The notes under the pieces were generated by a model that did no database searches, was not told where the DNA came from, and saw nothing but the letters and a program-made list of their open reading frames with translations. A stretch of 61,663 nucleotides of DNA. Origin: Phoronis australis. Lineage: Eukaryota > Animalia > Phoronida. Below are positions 24,021 through 39,000 of the stretch, piece after piece. Made by a program: the position numbers and the translations under genes. The first letter of the stretch is position 1. Every line of letters begins with the position of its first letter. Location of the stretch: contig NMRA01000074.1 in NCBI GenBank assembly GCA_002633005.1, forward strand, positions 748,971-810,633, in the 5' to 3' direction.

Positions 24021-27000
24021 CTGTAAAGAACAAAATATGCATATTTCTGAATCACTTTTCTTAAACTTTTAATGCATTCACACTCACACACTTAGAATAT
24101 GGCTTGTAATAGAAATTTATGGAAAGTACTGTAAGAACAGGCTGTGAGGTCGAGCGAGTTGTGTGCACGGGTTTAATCCAATCCCTTTAAAGATGAAATT
24201 GCAAGGTCCAAAGCAATCAGAACAGCAATATGGTCTAAATTCTTGTTTCACATCTGTGACGTATTGTAGGGAACACGAAGAAAACACTATGTGTGCAAGT
24301 GAGTGCAGCAGCGTAGACGGGGAATACTTTGAAAGATACAGGGACGGACTTGTGGACTTTTCAGATGATTCCGACCTTTCGGACGTGGAAGGGATGATAG
24401 ATCCCATAGGAACAATTTTTGTTCTCAGCTGTACCGTACAGGAGCCGTTCTCCCTCTATCCGGCTCTTGCTCCGGTCGTCGAAGACAAAGCCTCAGTCGG
24501 TTCGTCCAGCAAAGATCCACGGGCAGAAGGTACGCAGGAGTTGCATTGGATGTTAGTGACTGGTGAGAATATCATTAACATGTATCCTACAACCGCAAAT
24601 TATTATTATTACTTATTACAAAATTCAGTAGCTTTACCAGTCAGTCCCAGGCGCCTACGTCTCCATTGGTGATTCGTGTTTCAGTCGTGGATAAATACCA
24701 GTTTCAGTGATAAAAATCGGGATTTTTTTTCATTTCAGCAAATCATTCAAAAAATGTTTGGTCTCTGATTATATGTAGACATTGTGTCTCAGTGGTTTGA
24801 GCTCCGGACTCCGGTTTGTGAGACTCAGGTTCCAATCCTGGCTTTCACTGGCAGACAATTGCGCATTGCACTTCTGTAAGACTGAGCTCGGTGTTACTAG
24901 TGAGTGAATAAATGTATGCAGAGGAGTGAATGAGAGCCACTTTGGAATACTCGACTGTGGATTGTAAAGAAGAGGACGACATTCTGACCTCAGAGCTGGG
25001 AGGATAATTGTATAGGTTATAGAACAGGTCACTTCATTTTCGTACTCAAGGGCCAAGTCAACTCGGACCCATATCAATGTACACATGTGTTCCAAAACAG
25101 TTTTATTTTGTAAGGCGATGCTTGAAATGGAAACAACCATTTCATGTCTATGTACATGTACAGTGACCCAAAGTTGTTTTCTTTAAATGAAATATGGAAC
25201 ATGACCTGGGTACGAGTCAAATTGGATAGGAATCGCCTGGTAAAATTTCTATAGAGTATAGATGGCATCCCATGGGATTGGTGATTGCCCACACAGCATA
25301 TGGAGAAGTATTAAGGTAGGTGTATACACTGATCAAATCTCCAGGTTCCTAACTAAAATGAGTAAAAAGGGAGTTTTAACTAGTTAGACATGATTCTGAA
25401 AGTGACAATCGAAAAAAAAAATGTTTCTTTGTAGTTCGTTTTTTTTAAAAATCGTATTTTTTAATTTTCAACAAATCCAATTTTACCTCGAATTTTTTTT
25501 CAAAATGCACAGGGATCATCATCAACTATTTCCTTACGCAATATTCTACTTATCCATACCAAATATATGTACAAAATCATTATGATCTTGATTTTGTGGC
25601 ATTTTTTGTGTGTGAGTTGGGGCAAGCACGCCACTTTTTGTCATTTGGTCACTTTCCGTCTAATAACTAAAAATCTGGTCCATTTATCAAAAAACCCTGG
25701 CACGCGATTTTACTTCAGTCCAAGAGGATTTCAAATTTGCAACTTTCGTTAAAATTGACCCACGTGTTGTGGAAAAATAGGCCCGAGAATCGTGTCACTA
25801 TCCTGAAATCACGAGCCGAGAAAAACGGCTTTGAAGTTAAGCGGTCATCGATTGCCACTTGAGATCAAATTTCGTTCAGAATGCGTGGTCATTATGTTCC
25901 AATTTTTGTTGAAGTACTAGAAATAAAGCTGANGTTTGAATCTATGCACTAGAAAAATTTTTGTTATGTTGAACACTGGGTCATTTCTCTAATTCTTTGG
26001 GTTACGGCCAGTGGCACGTTAAAAAACCTCTGGGTTTGACAGCCTAGTTTCTCCACGGCGCGTTCCCAGCACAGAAGCACGGTTTATCTGCGAAGACTCT
26101 ACTCTGACGGCATGTAGTTGTCCATGTGTCGCGCGCGCGGCTTGTCTTCACAGCGCGTGTATGCACTCTCACCGAATCGTGCAACACCACCCACGTCGAC
26201 ACTCAGCGTCCTCTCGCAAGACAACTGACCTTATATTACCGACTTCTCTTATACATGCACAATTTCTGCACGGACTCCTCAAGCTGAGTGCAGTGATGGC
26301 TTCGGTAGGGCTTGGCGTACTCAACTTAATTTTTTTGCAGATAGACAAACAGGCTCAGGCTCGGAACAGTAGCTAGTTTACCATTTCATTACTAACTTTC
26401 ACTTGGTCAAAAATAGAATTGTTTTATTCTTGGTCTTGCTACAACACCAATATCTGCTGGTACATCACTCTCGATTGCCCGGTTACGCAATGCTTGTTGA
26501 CAGGGTTAGATTAGAGCTAGTGTCCTTGTATATATAAGCTCCGCCCCAGTTGTCAATCACTGAGCTGGTGAGCACTCAAGCCATATGACTTACTGAGGTT
26601 TGGTCAAATATAGCTAAAAAAACAACTTTGGATTTTCAGAATGATTTTATTTTTCTTCAGTATACTGTGCATCAAGAATTAAAGATTAGGATGATATGAA
26701 AATGTAAAAAACAGTCAAAATTAATTTTTTTTGTGTATCCACCTACCTTAAGAAATGTTTACAGTAATATTTAAAACATGGGCGACCCTTTAAGTCGAAA
26801 AACTGCTTTTCAAGTTGATTTGCCCTACTGGCATTGTCTAGTTTGTTACGTAGGTGCCGATAGTGTTCAGATTGGGAGCACAGATCTCATGACTATTTAC
26901 AAAACAGTTTCCTCCAGATTACTTTAATAATCAAAGCCTTGCAATTAAATTGCCATCGTGTTTTTCTTTATTTATAGTCTGCATTCTTTTCAAAACACAT

Positions 27001-30000
27001 GCATTTTTAGATATCAGTTTTTTGCTATTGCTTTTTATTTTTATCCATTTATAACTAAATTTTCACAGAAGAACAACAGATTTTCAAGCACTTGAGAACT
27101 ATGGTGTTTGTAAAAAAGATCGTTATTTTTCAGGCACTACGAAAGAGTCGTGAATTCTTGGACATCAAAATTATCAAGCAAACTTTCTTTTTTACAAGAC
27201 CAGCTTCAACCTTCATGATGTGTTAGTCGTCGAAGCAGCCGCCCTCAAAATAGTCGGAGCATATGTCGGCTTCTATAGATATGGCCGACTCGACAGTCAT
27301 TTTTCAGACGAGCAATGCACACGAAAACGTGCCGTTTTGCGCCCAGACGCTTGTTAGGTTTTGGGAATTTAAATGGGCTCAAGCCTTCCTCCTGCGTGGT
27401 GTTAAAAGGCGAAGGCAACCTTTTTCATGTCAGTTTTAGCAAAAATAAGGTTCGTTGATTATCCCAGACATATTTTCCACTTAATTACAGCTTTTCGTAA
27501 CTTGATTAATTATTCTTTCTCTACTCCGGAAGTGAAGTTTTAGGAGGCAAGGATTTCTCGCCAATTTCTTTTCCCGTACTCTGACTATATGCGCGTTGAC
27601 GAGTCAGTCATAGATCTACCTGGGTTGTCACAAGTTCAGTCGTCTTTTGCTTTTGTTTACGAGTCAGTCAACATGCCACACTGTTGCTGCCTACCGGGAT
27701 GTACTCATTATGGCTCAAAGCCTATAAGCAGCCCTGCTGCGATGTTGAGTAGTGGGAGTGAATACAGGCCCCGTTCAACACCCAGTGAAGAGGACTAGCG
27801 TGCGTTCAGTAGACGCTAGGACCTACGCTAGGACCTAGCTGAAACGTAGTCAAAGTCACGTGTTCTCATTTAACATGCACGGCAATATCTCACGTAATCT
27901 CGCGAAGTCTTGCATTTTAGCGAGGTCCTAGCGTTACTGAAAGGGAGGCAGTTCGTCGTTCAATGGACAGATCGGTGAGCCAAACTTTGATAAGTTTATT
28001 GTGATTTGTCTAAAGTATTGGAGCTATTTAGAAGGTGCCAGGTGTGTGGCGACGGTGTCACACGGCGGGGTGTAACCAGTTTCTGTGCTCAGGTCACTAT
28101 CAGTGGGACACTCGGGCAAGTGGGACAATTGTTCCTCTGTCTGTGAGAAGATAATGAGTACATCCCGGTACGCAGCAACAGTGTGGCATGTTGCCTGACT
28201 CTAACAAAAGCACACGATGACCGCGAGATAGAACAATGTCTGACTCGGCAGCTCTCACAGTCAGACTATACGAAAAGAAATAGGCGGGAAATTCTTGCCT
28301 CACAAAACGTCACTTCTGGAGTAGAGAACGAATAATTAATTAAATTACGGAAAGCTGTAATCAAGGGGAAAATATGTCTGGGATAACCAGCGAACCTTAT
28401 TTTTGCTAAAAAAGACATGAAAAAAGGTTGCCTTCGCCTTAAAACAGTTTGCGCACACACACCGATGCACCATTGCTAAAACATGCCAAGATTGAACTGT
28501 CTGTGTTCGGCGTGTATTGTGTTATTATGGCGCTGAACTGCATTGTGGGATATGATTTAGTTTGTGTTCCCCGAACCTATGTCACGTTGTCAAAGGTCAA
28601 CATTTCGCGGATTTTTGTATTTTTGTTTTCTTTGAAGATTTACAAATTTGCATAATTAGACCTTGCAAATTACACTTTAATATCTACTAAAAAGTCGAGC
28701 CAATTTGAGAAAGCTAGGAAAGAAACGCTAATTGAAACAGCAATTTGACGTGAACAAACATGTAGAGGTGGCATTTTTGCTCCCACAACATTCCCGGTAC
28801 TTGCGATTCAAGCAGTTTGAGGACGTACTTTGTCTATGAATACATGTACATACGTGTACTACAGTGTGCGGGTTTCCTCTAGGATAGCTCAAGATATATT
28901 ATCTAAACACAAGCTCCGCAAATTATTCTTCACATTTTCCGTTCCAGTCGTATGGCAACACAAAATAATAGTCTGAGATTGTGTGGTCAAGTACCGGGTA
29001 TGTTAGAGTTTACGCAGACGCTTTTCCTGTCTGTGTACGCGCTTGATGGTGACTACATAGGTCATTGGAACCACTGTAAAGGTGACGTTTCAACTTATCC
29101 GAAAAAAGTCGACGAAACCTACATGTAGATAACTAACTTCGGACACTACGACCTCGAAAGAGTTTTCTTTCAATCCATTTGGACTTGCAAAAACCCATAG
29201 GGTAGCAGCAACGGCGTCATTTGTCAATTCACATCCTCACGGGTACACTAATGTCGGCCATGTTGAACTGAGTCGCATTTAGTCTGAGAACGTTTCCATC
29301 TGCTCAGGGTGTGAACGAAACAGGAAAGAATCTAAACCAAAACTAAGCTGAAGCTCAATGGAATTTGAAGGTGTAAGCTCTACGGAAACGCAGTAACAAA
29401 TAGCTGAAAACTTTCGGTTGGAGGAGATTCGATTAATTCACTTACCCGCATACCACTCCTTTTTTCACGAGTACTACAATGATAACAGTTGTTATTATTG
29501 CTGCGCCAACAACTCCACACGTGACCGCCACGGGAATCACCCAGGCTTCGGTAGCACCGCTAGTTCCCGTTCCAGTACCAGATCCACCACCTACAAAATG
29601 TGGGAGCTGCCGTGAGACAGTGTGGCAAGTGCAACACGTCAAGCAAAGTGCATCGTAATAATATGATGGCAGTAGAAATAGTTCCGATAGTGGCTGGGGC
29701 TTTGTTTGCTTCGGCCAAACATCTGTTCCATGAGCACGATAGTTATTGGTGAAAAGGATTTTGAAGAGCCACGACAGCAGCTCATGCTTGAAATTGAAAA
29801 CATTCAACATCAGCAAGTACACGATACATAATCCACTTTGCAATCTTTTAACCATTGTCGCTCTCATGAGCGCCGGGTTAACACCTTGACTTGTCACAGC
29901 CCTTCTTGCTCGTAAGTTTTGAGACCCCCCCACAGACGCAATAACCAAATAGGGACAAGGGAGGTGCAATAACAAATGTTTCCCGTTTCTGGCAGAGACA

Positions 30001-33000
30001 TCACTTGCAACCGAGACCACAACGCATTATTCAAGACTCGACTCGAAGAATCAAAAAGTTTACTCAAAGCGTCGCCCGTGATAGGTCGACTGGAGTACAA
30101 ACTGAGAATAATGTTCGGTGGAGGGGGGGGGGGGCTCTTACTTATTGATGAAGTACAGTTATGCCCAAGCACACGCATTTACCTCCACTCGTTGTTCCAG
30201 TATCTCCCCCCGTTGCTCCTGAAATTGCAAGCTCACTTTTTAGTTTAGTCTGTACATGTGTGGTGAAACTTGAGGACTAGCATGTATTTGGTGGTGGTTC
30301 CCAACTACGAGTTATGATTTACTATTACGATCCTGTTACCACAGACCCCTCATTGGCATTTGCTAGAAGTCACTGACAGGCAAAAAACCTATTTCACACG
30401 AGTTCTATTAACTAAGACACTGAAATTGTGCAAATTGAACATAACATATACAAATACAGAGACTGGTAGCATCACACAAAATAGAAACGTGTTCATCAAA
30501 CTGTGAACTAGAAAAACATGTGTTACCCTGCCTAATTTGAGAAGTACATCTTGTGACAACATTATGATGTAAAGTTGTCTGCACAATGTATTGTTGGAAA
30601 ATGACGTTTTCATTGCAGACAGTTAGGCAGACATATACACTTACGCGCAAACACACGCAGTACACGCACACTTTCAATTGCCAAGAAGGAATGACATTAA
30701 ATCTTCGCCGGTCTATGATCTGCTCGTACAGGGGCTCCGCTGCGTAGACTCAAAACTCTTGTGAAAGAGCAAGACAGATCAAGCTATTGTGACATTTCGC
30801 CACTATATTAAAATGACGTTTGTTACCACACAACATGGGCGGCGCAGCACTGAAAAAAGTGAGGGACTAACTTGAGCCCCCTCAGCCCTCCTGTGGTGCA
30901 CCGCCTATAGACCATGTGCGGCATAGCACTGAAAAAAGTGGGGGCCATAGCCCCCCAGCCCCCTATGGTGCGCCACCCATGCACAAGCCACGAGTAAAGC
31001 TTTACACGCGATCTTTTTCGCGGGAGTTGTATTTCGGCTTTCTGTTAAAAACACAATACCAACTTTGTGAGCACACTTGTGTTAGGAATACAACAATTAC
31101 ACATGGTGTTAGTAAAGGGCAACAACAAAGACCCATGTATATATACCTCCATTGGGGGGAGCAGAACTTTCACTTGTGGTTCCTGGAAATTGCACAAAAG
31201 TTGGCATTAAGTTCTCAGTCAATTAAACGGTTGTTTGGTGTTAGTCCAAACAAGCACGTCACTCATGGAAACTGTGTTGGAAATGGAGCACCCAGAATAG
31301 TTGCCACCGGGGGTGAAACATATCACTGCAATCCTCTCGATTGCATATCAACTTCTAGCCGTCTTTCAGGATCGAAATCCTTCTTTTTGCGTTTTTGCAT
31401 TTGTTTCCACCACTTGCAGGCGTTAGCAATATCGCGCTGCAACCACTTCCTCCCACATCCGCCACCTATTACGTGCAGGCCTCATGGCCTGTCACCTGTT
31501 TAGTGTTACCCCCTCTCGGCCGCCACCGGTTATGTGTCTCGTGGGTACCATACTCCCCTCTTTGGGTGCCGCAGAGGTCTACCACTCACGCCCCCAGCTA
31601 CGAAAAATAGAGCAGCACAGTTCCGTATCTAATTTAACAATCTTAAAGCGAGCGGACAATACGGTTTGGCCAAATGCAACAATGTTCTCCAATTCCAACC
31701 CGTTTTATACGGTTCCAACGCATTTCTTGGCTAGTAAAACGGTTAAAGTCGAACTACTTATCAGGAAACCTAAAATCGAAATAGGCTAGCTGTTACTCTC
31801 ATATAATCAGTCTATTTACGTTATCAGAAAGAACATCGAAACCATCAGCTACTCAAATCACAGGAAATGCTTACGTGTACAGGCGCCGACTGTTTCAAAA
31901 CTTCAGGGTTGGTAGACCCTAATCAACTCTGTACAGTTTTCTTCAGTCAGTGGCAGCTCCGATGTTTTTGTTGTTAACGGAAATAGAATCTTATCACGTT
32001 GAAGAGAACGATGTTTATATTTTAGCCAGGAAAAAAGGCAGATTGATATACGTGTCTCGCGGGTCCTACTTTATGTTAAAACACATATCTCTTAACTGAC
32101 TCAAAAGCAAGACCTATAGGCCGCCGATCAAAATTTCTTCACCTGTGACGTGATACAGCAATACTATGGAATGAACTCGCGAAGAAGTTCCACTTGATGT
32201 AAAAGAAACGTGCGCCAGGTTCCGACACCACCACACCGTATTGGGATTCGACTGGCGAAGTGACCAAACGTGTTTCACGCTTCAAGTGTACATGTACATG
32301 TACATGTACCTTCAATTGTCACTATGCGTGATTGGTCAATATTTGAGTAGAGTCTAGTGGGACTGTACGGCAGGTTAGATCGGTTCTAGACGAGAATTGC
32401 AAAGTTCTGACGAAGTAGAAACATTCATCGTAGTTATACATGCGTGTACCTGATGTGGAATTATTGAGCGATGTAACAACGCTTGTCATAGCACCAGCTG
32501 ATGTCGTCGTTGAAACGTATGAGGCGGACGAGTTAAAGTCTAAATCATACAAACACAAGAAAACTTATGTTAACAAATAGGCCAACTAACAAAACATATT
32601 GCTCACTTAAAAGCAACTTAAGACCTGAAGTACAACCACCCTTACGGTGGTTTCCATGGAACGCCTGCAATGGTCAATTCGTAGTTGCCTCATCAATGAA
32701 CCAATAGAAAGTTGAATGTAGATATCAAGAGAAAAACAATTGGAGGCTAGGATCAATACTGTCACTCTGAATTTTAACAAACGTTCCACAAATATGAGAC
32801 AAATTTATGACTACAAGACGAAAAAATGTGAGTAAGAAGTTCGTCCACGTTTGACAGAAAACTGTCGAAATCAAGGCAAAATTAATTAAAAAACGACTGC
32901 ATTTTTGGCTAGATAAGATTGCTGGTTTGATGAAGCGTTTTTAGCCTGAGAATAATTCAGTAGGACGTTTTACAATGCTCCTGTGGCGTAATCCCTCAAA

Positions 33001-36000
33001 ATAACGCCACAGTAAAACGCGATTTCGTAAGTGTTTCGCAAAGATTAGCTGTAATGGGTGAAAGCCGCAAGCGAAGAGTTAAAATTCTCAAAGCCTCCGA
33101 AAGTCAAACAAGGTACCTTGCCCCTAAGAGTGTTGACAATGGCGAACGTTCCACAAAACATGATATTGTGGTGAGTTCTGTTTTTGCATGTGCTACAAAA
33201 AATTAAAGCAAGACAATCGCACAGAACTGGAACTAAGTAGATGACAACTCAAATAGAAAACGGTGTAAGTGTTGTAATTCAAAGTCACACACAGAGCCAT
33301 TTAGGTCAAGGCAAAGTACAAAAAAATTGACGATCGTGCAAGCAAATAATTAACGTTCATTCGGTCCATTGCATTAACACAATTTATGTAGTTGGGTAAA
33401 AAACAAAGGGTCACACTCTGAAACAACGTTTCTCAAATATGACTTGTTGTCTACATTCAAGTACAGATGTCACCAGAGTCCTCCATTTGCAGGAGTTGGC
33501 GGTGCACAAAGTTTAGGCTAAAAATCTTCGCGCTGCAAAATGATACGTAACATGTCATGTGACCACATCAGTCCACGCCGGGTGTTACAACACAACAAGT
33601 AGTCCACAATCGCATGCGCAACTAATGCTATACATCGTCATACACTGTGTCAAAATCTATAATAAGGCCCTTACACTGGGCCTTTTTCATGAAAACCGAA
33701 AAGAGACTCAAAGTTTCTAAAGCTTCTATGTAAGTAATGTATGATAACATACTCCAATTCGCTATTATTCAAGGAGAACGCCACCCGATTTAATTAGTAT
33801 TTTTACGGTCTTAATTGGTCTATATCCACATCACCTCGTATACGGTCGATCTTATCTCGCCGAGAGGTGTCGCGTTATTCTGTGAGGAAGGTGAGAAACG
33901 ACGCAGCGACGTCAGTGGTTCTTTGGCAGACTGAGTGAAGCTATGGTGTGGTGTATCGTTCCCGCTTCAGCGAACTATGAAGTTGCGAGAAAAGCGGGTA
34001 TATCGTTTTTTATCGATTTTCAAGAGAGTCCATAATGCTTCGGACGTGGCTTGCGGTAGTGAAGAATGAAAAGTACGTCGTTAATACCAAGTATGAGACA
34101 GTGAAACTTCTCCATGTCTGTCCAGCAGTGGTCTGCATTTCATCGGATCGGTTGTTTTTGATTATGGAGAATTGTAGTCGGCCATGAAAACACAAGCAAA
34201 ATAATCACAATTTTTCTTTGGCTCGCTAGCATAGTCTTTTCGTGACTGAATTTCGTTTCCGACTTTGGCTGGTTTATATTCGTGATGTTTTCAGTCCGGC
34301 GCAATGGGCCTGATGGGGTTCTGAGTCACTGGCCGGGATAGCAAGCGTTTTGAGTGTTTAAAACTGAAACAAATCGCAAGTCTAAAATTGCAACACACAG
34401 CTATGTTCTCCTATCTGTATTTCACGAGCAAATAATTTGAATTTATCACCAAACAGACCCCAAACTCCCGCAACCGGGCTTGGTAAATTGGCCTACCGAA
34501 CTTTGTAGGCTACGGTACGTTCAAATACCTAAAAATCCGTAACAGCGAAATAACACATTTATTATTAACTCGATGTGTTTGTAAGGGTTTTACATCGAAT
34601 TTTGATGATTTATTGGTGCAAAACGATGAATTTAAGCCATAAGCTGACACCATTAAGCGTGTTGTGAACTGCTGAACAGACTGCATTCGAACCTGTGACG
34701 TCATTGGTTAATTTCAATACCTCCGTTTGCCGTCAGGTGTCACGTAAAAGAGCTGTACTTGCTGTTATCGAGTGGAACTACTCGACCTAATTTGATACAA
34801 CATATGACGGTTTTTGAGTGGCATTCTCCTTTTCGTAACCAAATTCCTTATTCACTGCGGTTAGCGATAACCTGAATAAATCTGATTTGACAAAACAACA
34901 ACAGTTATGTTCTCAAAGACATTAAACTTCGTTGAATTGAGAATGAAATATTTTGGGGTTTTAGTTATATGGACAGAGATTTCTCATAGAAACCTTGAGT
35001 CGCCTCTCAGGAAAGGGGAAAACGTTGCATACAAGTTTTAATATGAGAAACTGGAGCAGAGCACAACAGAATGCCCGAGTCCAGCTGCATGCGGTGAGTG
35101 AGATACAGCCGAGTTCACACGAGGGAAAAAACGAAACTTGTAGGTGTTATGTGTAAAGAATCGTTAAGTCTGAGTTGTACACGCGCACGTAAATTAATTT
35201 CGGAATGTCCTACATCTTGCTGGCGTATTTCGTAAGTAGTGGTGCTGGAGAACTTTGGGGCTTCCATGATGGAAATGACATACAATAGAAAAAGCTCAAG
35301 AGTATATTTTTACATAGATATAGGCAGTGAAGCCCAATGCACCTCCAGATGCTGTGTTGGGGTAATTTGGAAGACATCTAGCGCGATTCTATAGCCTTGA
35401 GACGATTGTAAAATATAGGTTAAAGTTGATAATCTGTAATTCAGAAATAAATATGTCCTTTGCATATGCTCATCAATACAACATGGCTGAGAAGAATTGT
35501 TAAGGTAATAATGTTAAAATTGTAATAGAAAGACTTCATTTGATAGACATTTGGAGATCCCAACCTGTAACCAACATTAGTTCCTTCTTAGACACTTTCA
35601 AACTAAGATGAAATATTATGATTGTAAGTGATTATTTTCGATAAATTAGGTGACTTCAACTCTCGTCATAGAGAAGCGAAATCAGATTTGTCTTATTAGA
35701 TATGGTGAATGTTAAGGATTACAGAATTGTTCTCACGAGATTCCGAGTATCTGCGCATGCTTTGGCAGCAGAAAAGGGGAGGGAAATGTTGGTGGTTAGG
35801 GAACAGAGATATTGTGAAGTGTGTCTCAGGGAAGAAATTGAAGATGAATATCATTTTCTTTGTGTATGTCAGGCATTGAAAGATTTGAGATTTCACATGT
35901 TGCCTCCAATCACTGAAAATCGTACTTTCGAACATATGCTAGCTCTTTTACAGATTAATGACAACGTGTTGCGTAACAATTTAGGAACATTTATTTTGGG

Positions 36001-39000
36001 TCTAGCTTTTACAATTAGGAAGAGACTATTGGAGGATTTGTGAACAAAATACCGTTTTTTGACTGTTACGTTTCCTGTATCGAAATCTTAATATCGCCGA
36101 TGTAGCCTATAGAACAAATGACGAATATTATTTTTGAAGAGTCCATACTGCTCAAAGCCGAGACGAACCCATCTTCGGTCAAGAAAACAGTCGTGCGTTC
36201 AGTAACGCTAGGCCCTACAATACTCTAGGACGTAGCGGAAATCTACCCAAAGTCACTTGTTCTCATTTAAAACAGACGGCAGTGTCTCGCGTAATCTCGC
36301 GAAGTCTTGCCTTTTAGTGACATCCTAGCGTTAATGAGCGGGAGGCAGGTTTTACGGCGGTTTTAGTTATAACAATTTGTATTTCATAGAAATATTTCAT
36401 GTATCAAAGAAAATTGAAAAACAACATTCAAATACCTTCCTCGGGTAACATTCATCACATTCAAATTAGCGAGGCATTGGCTGTGTAAGTGGTATGCGTA
36501 ACATTATCAGGGGGGTTAGTAAAGAAAACAGAATGGCACGGGCAAGCAAACTAACTACACATACATGCATACATCAGTATCTCTAGAAGGTCGATGGTGA
36601 TCAGCTACGTACTATACTACATTAGACATGCATTAGTAGAGGTTTTCAGGGTTACCTGATGTCCCCGTCACATTTAAAGTTGTATGGGGACTCGTCGCCG
36701 TTGATTCTGTTGTTACTGTCGAAACTGATAACGAACTGACACTTAGACGGCGCTTGTGATAAGACATAATACACTCAACAGAGGGTAGTATTGCATAACT
36801 GCGAGGTACCAACACGTCACAAGCCATCGGGGTTAAAAAGGCTGTAGCTGCATATTTAAACTAAAACACCCGGTAAGTTCATGGCCAAATAAGCATCGGT
36901 AGTTTGGATATCAAGAGATCTTTATTCACGAACACCTTTATACCTGCGCTGATGATCATTCAAACAGAGGCGCCAACCTTGAAGCAAGAACTCGTACAGC
37001 GTTCAACACCCAACATGTATGAATTGATCAGAATTGTTAGAGTGAGAATAAGCCTTTTCGATTGCAGTGATAACTGGGGACTTAGTCCTTAAACTAGGGG
37101 CGTTGCATGAAAGCATCCCTACTTATATTCAACAATATTGAGAGTTCAGTCCCAATTTGTATCAAAATCAAAAATTGACATAGTAATGAGACTCAAACAG
37201 CTTTGAATAGGGCAGTCGGGATTTTCAAAAACCCACAAATATGCAGAAGCTTTAGGGCACTTTGCTGTGTCCCTACTTGCATAGGCGGATTTTTGGCCCC
37301 CCCTCCCCTAGGCTGGTGCAAGGAAAAATAAACAGCAGCAACAGCGTGAAGAGGGCGGGGGGCAGAGCGCAGCGGAATCGTGTTCCTAATTTTTTAGTCC
37401 TCCGGTAGAATTTGGCAGTCCACTTCGTCAGCCCCCCAAGTTTTGGGCCGCCTCTGAATACAATCGCCCTTTGCCCAATTCTCCAAGGCAACATCTTGGC
37501 TCCCCCCTTATGGCATCCTAGATCCGCCACTGACTTGGGACTGTTCCATGCAACGAGGCACTAGACTATCACAAGATGCTGGAACAATCCCAACATACAC
37601 AGAACACAGATAGTCGAAATACAGAGAAGGTTTTACCTGAATTTGTGGCTGTTGCGGGATCTGACGAGGCCACTGAAAGAAATAATCCAGGAATTAGCTC
37701 ATCTTTTAAAACGTGTAATTGAAAAAACACAAGGTCGACTCTACCAGCATCAAAATTAAATCAACTGAATGAACATGTTTACAACAACCAACAAGTATTC
37801 TATTCTGTGATAAAATTCTGAGCGCAATCTGTACACGTGTGTGCTGAAACATCGATGGGAATCTCAGTGAGTGTGGCCACTGTAAGCGATTCTGTGTTGT
37901 GTTCTTACGTAAGACTTTCCTCCAAATTAGTACCCCAAATGAACGCAAAATCTTCTTGGAGTAGTCGACTATGAAAAACATTCTTAAAATCAGAATTTGT
38001 ACCAACTTGTCTAACTTCCTATTGATGTATCGGTGATAACTAGTTTCCGCTTCGGGGGGCCTTGTGGGACGATTTTCAAATAAAAGTTGCATATTGGAGC
38101 GATGATCATAAAAGTAATGTCATCCAAACATACCTTGGCCTGACGACACGGTTATACCTGCAGTTGACGTGGTAACAGCAGCACTCGATGTGGCAATAGC
38201 TGTAATATAAAGAAAGACAGCTGGACTGATTATTTGAATATTCCTGATAGCTCAGAGACCTCTCGTCTCCTTCGATGCGTTGATGTAAAATCAAAGTGGC
38301 GCGAACTTTGGTTACTGACTGGGAGCTTGCTTGTCTTTTGACGCTGTATATAATCTTCTTTCCATGTTAAAAGGACTTGAATGTAAATAGCCTCTTGTAT
38401 TCTTCTGTCTTGAGGTACATACTAAGTCCAGTACATAAATCTCATTCTCATTATAATATACAGAAAGTTTTTTGTAGCCGTAAATAGAAAAAACAACTTG
38501 TTTTTTTTTCTGCATTAGGACTTTTCCAAATGGGTCGCCAGAGTTGAGAACTTTGTTATTTTCGTGGAAGGTTTTCTTCAACTTTTGGTCTGCATAATTT
38601 GGCTTCAAAGGAATCATTGAAAGATCAGTCTCAGATCTCCAATAAAATGCCAAAATGTGATGACATCTACAGAGCCCAAAGACATCTTGATTAGGTTATT
38701 TGGTAAGTGCTGTTTTAATAAAAGTTCTTTTTCAAAATGGTTAATGAAACAACTGTGATACGCCCCGGCCTCATTCACCCCAGAATGAGTGACAGTAACA
38801 AATCAACTCAAACACATGTATCTAAGATTTAATAAAAGCCTTAACATGTCGCTGTTAAGACTAGATGCACGCACACGAAGAATGGAAATAAAGGTATGCG
38901 TAGGAACGTAAAAAATGCACAAACTTGGATAAATTGGGATTGTCATATTTCCGAAAAGGTCGATCGGGCTCACAGTTATAGTATACCTTTACCGATCTCT

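Noticed and set aside
24778-24850. tRNA gene
   Set aside because: A and B boxes are degenerate, and there is no full cloverleaf or Pol III terminator; better explained as a SINE head
29442-30020. 192-aa ORF as a single-exon gene
   Set aside because: Only the last 145 nt (TM exon) are bounded by splice sites and protein-like; the rest is open intron
30916-31503. 195-aa plus-strand ORF
   Set aside because: Starts inside a MITE, has no recognisable domain and is antisense to micro-exon 14
37706-38653. Three adjacent minus-strand ORFs as a decayed retroelement
   Set aside because: No RT or endonuclease motifs; the only coding-like part is micro-exon 10 in another frame
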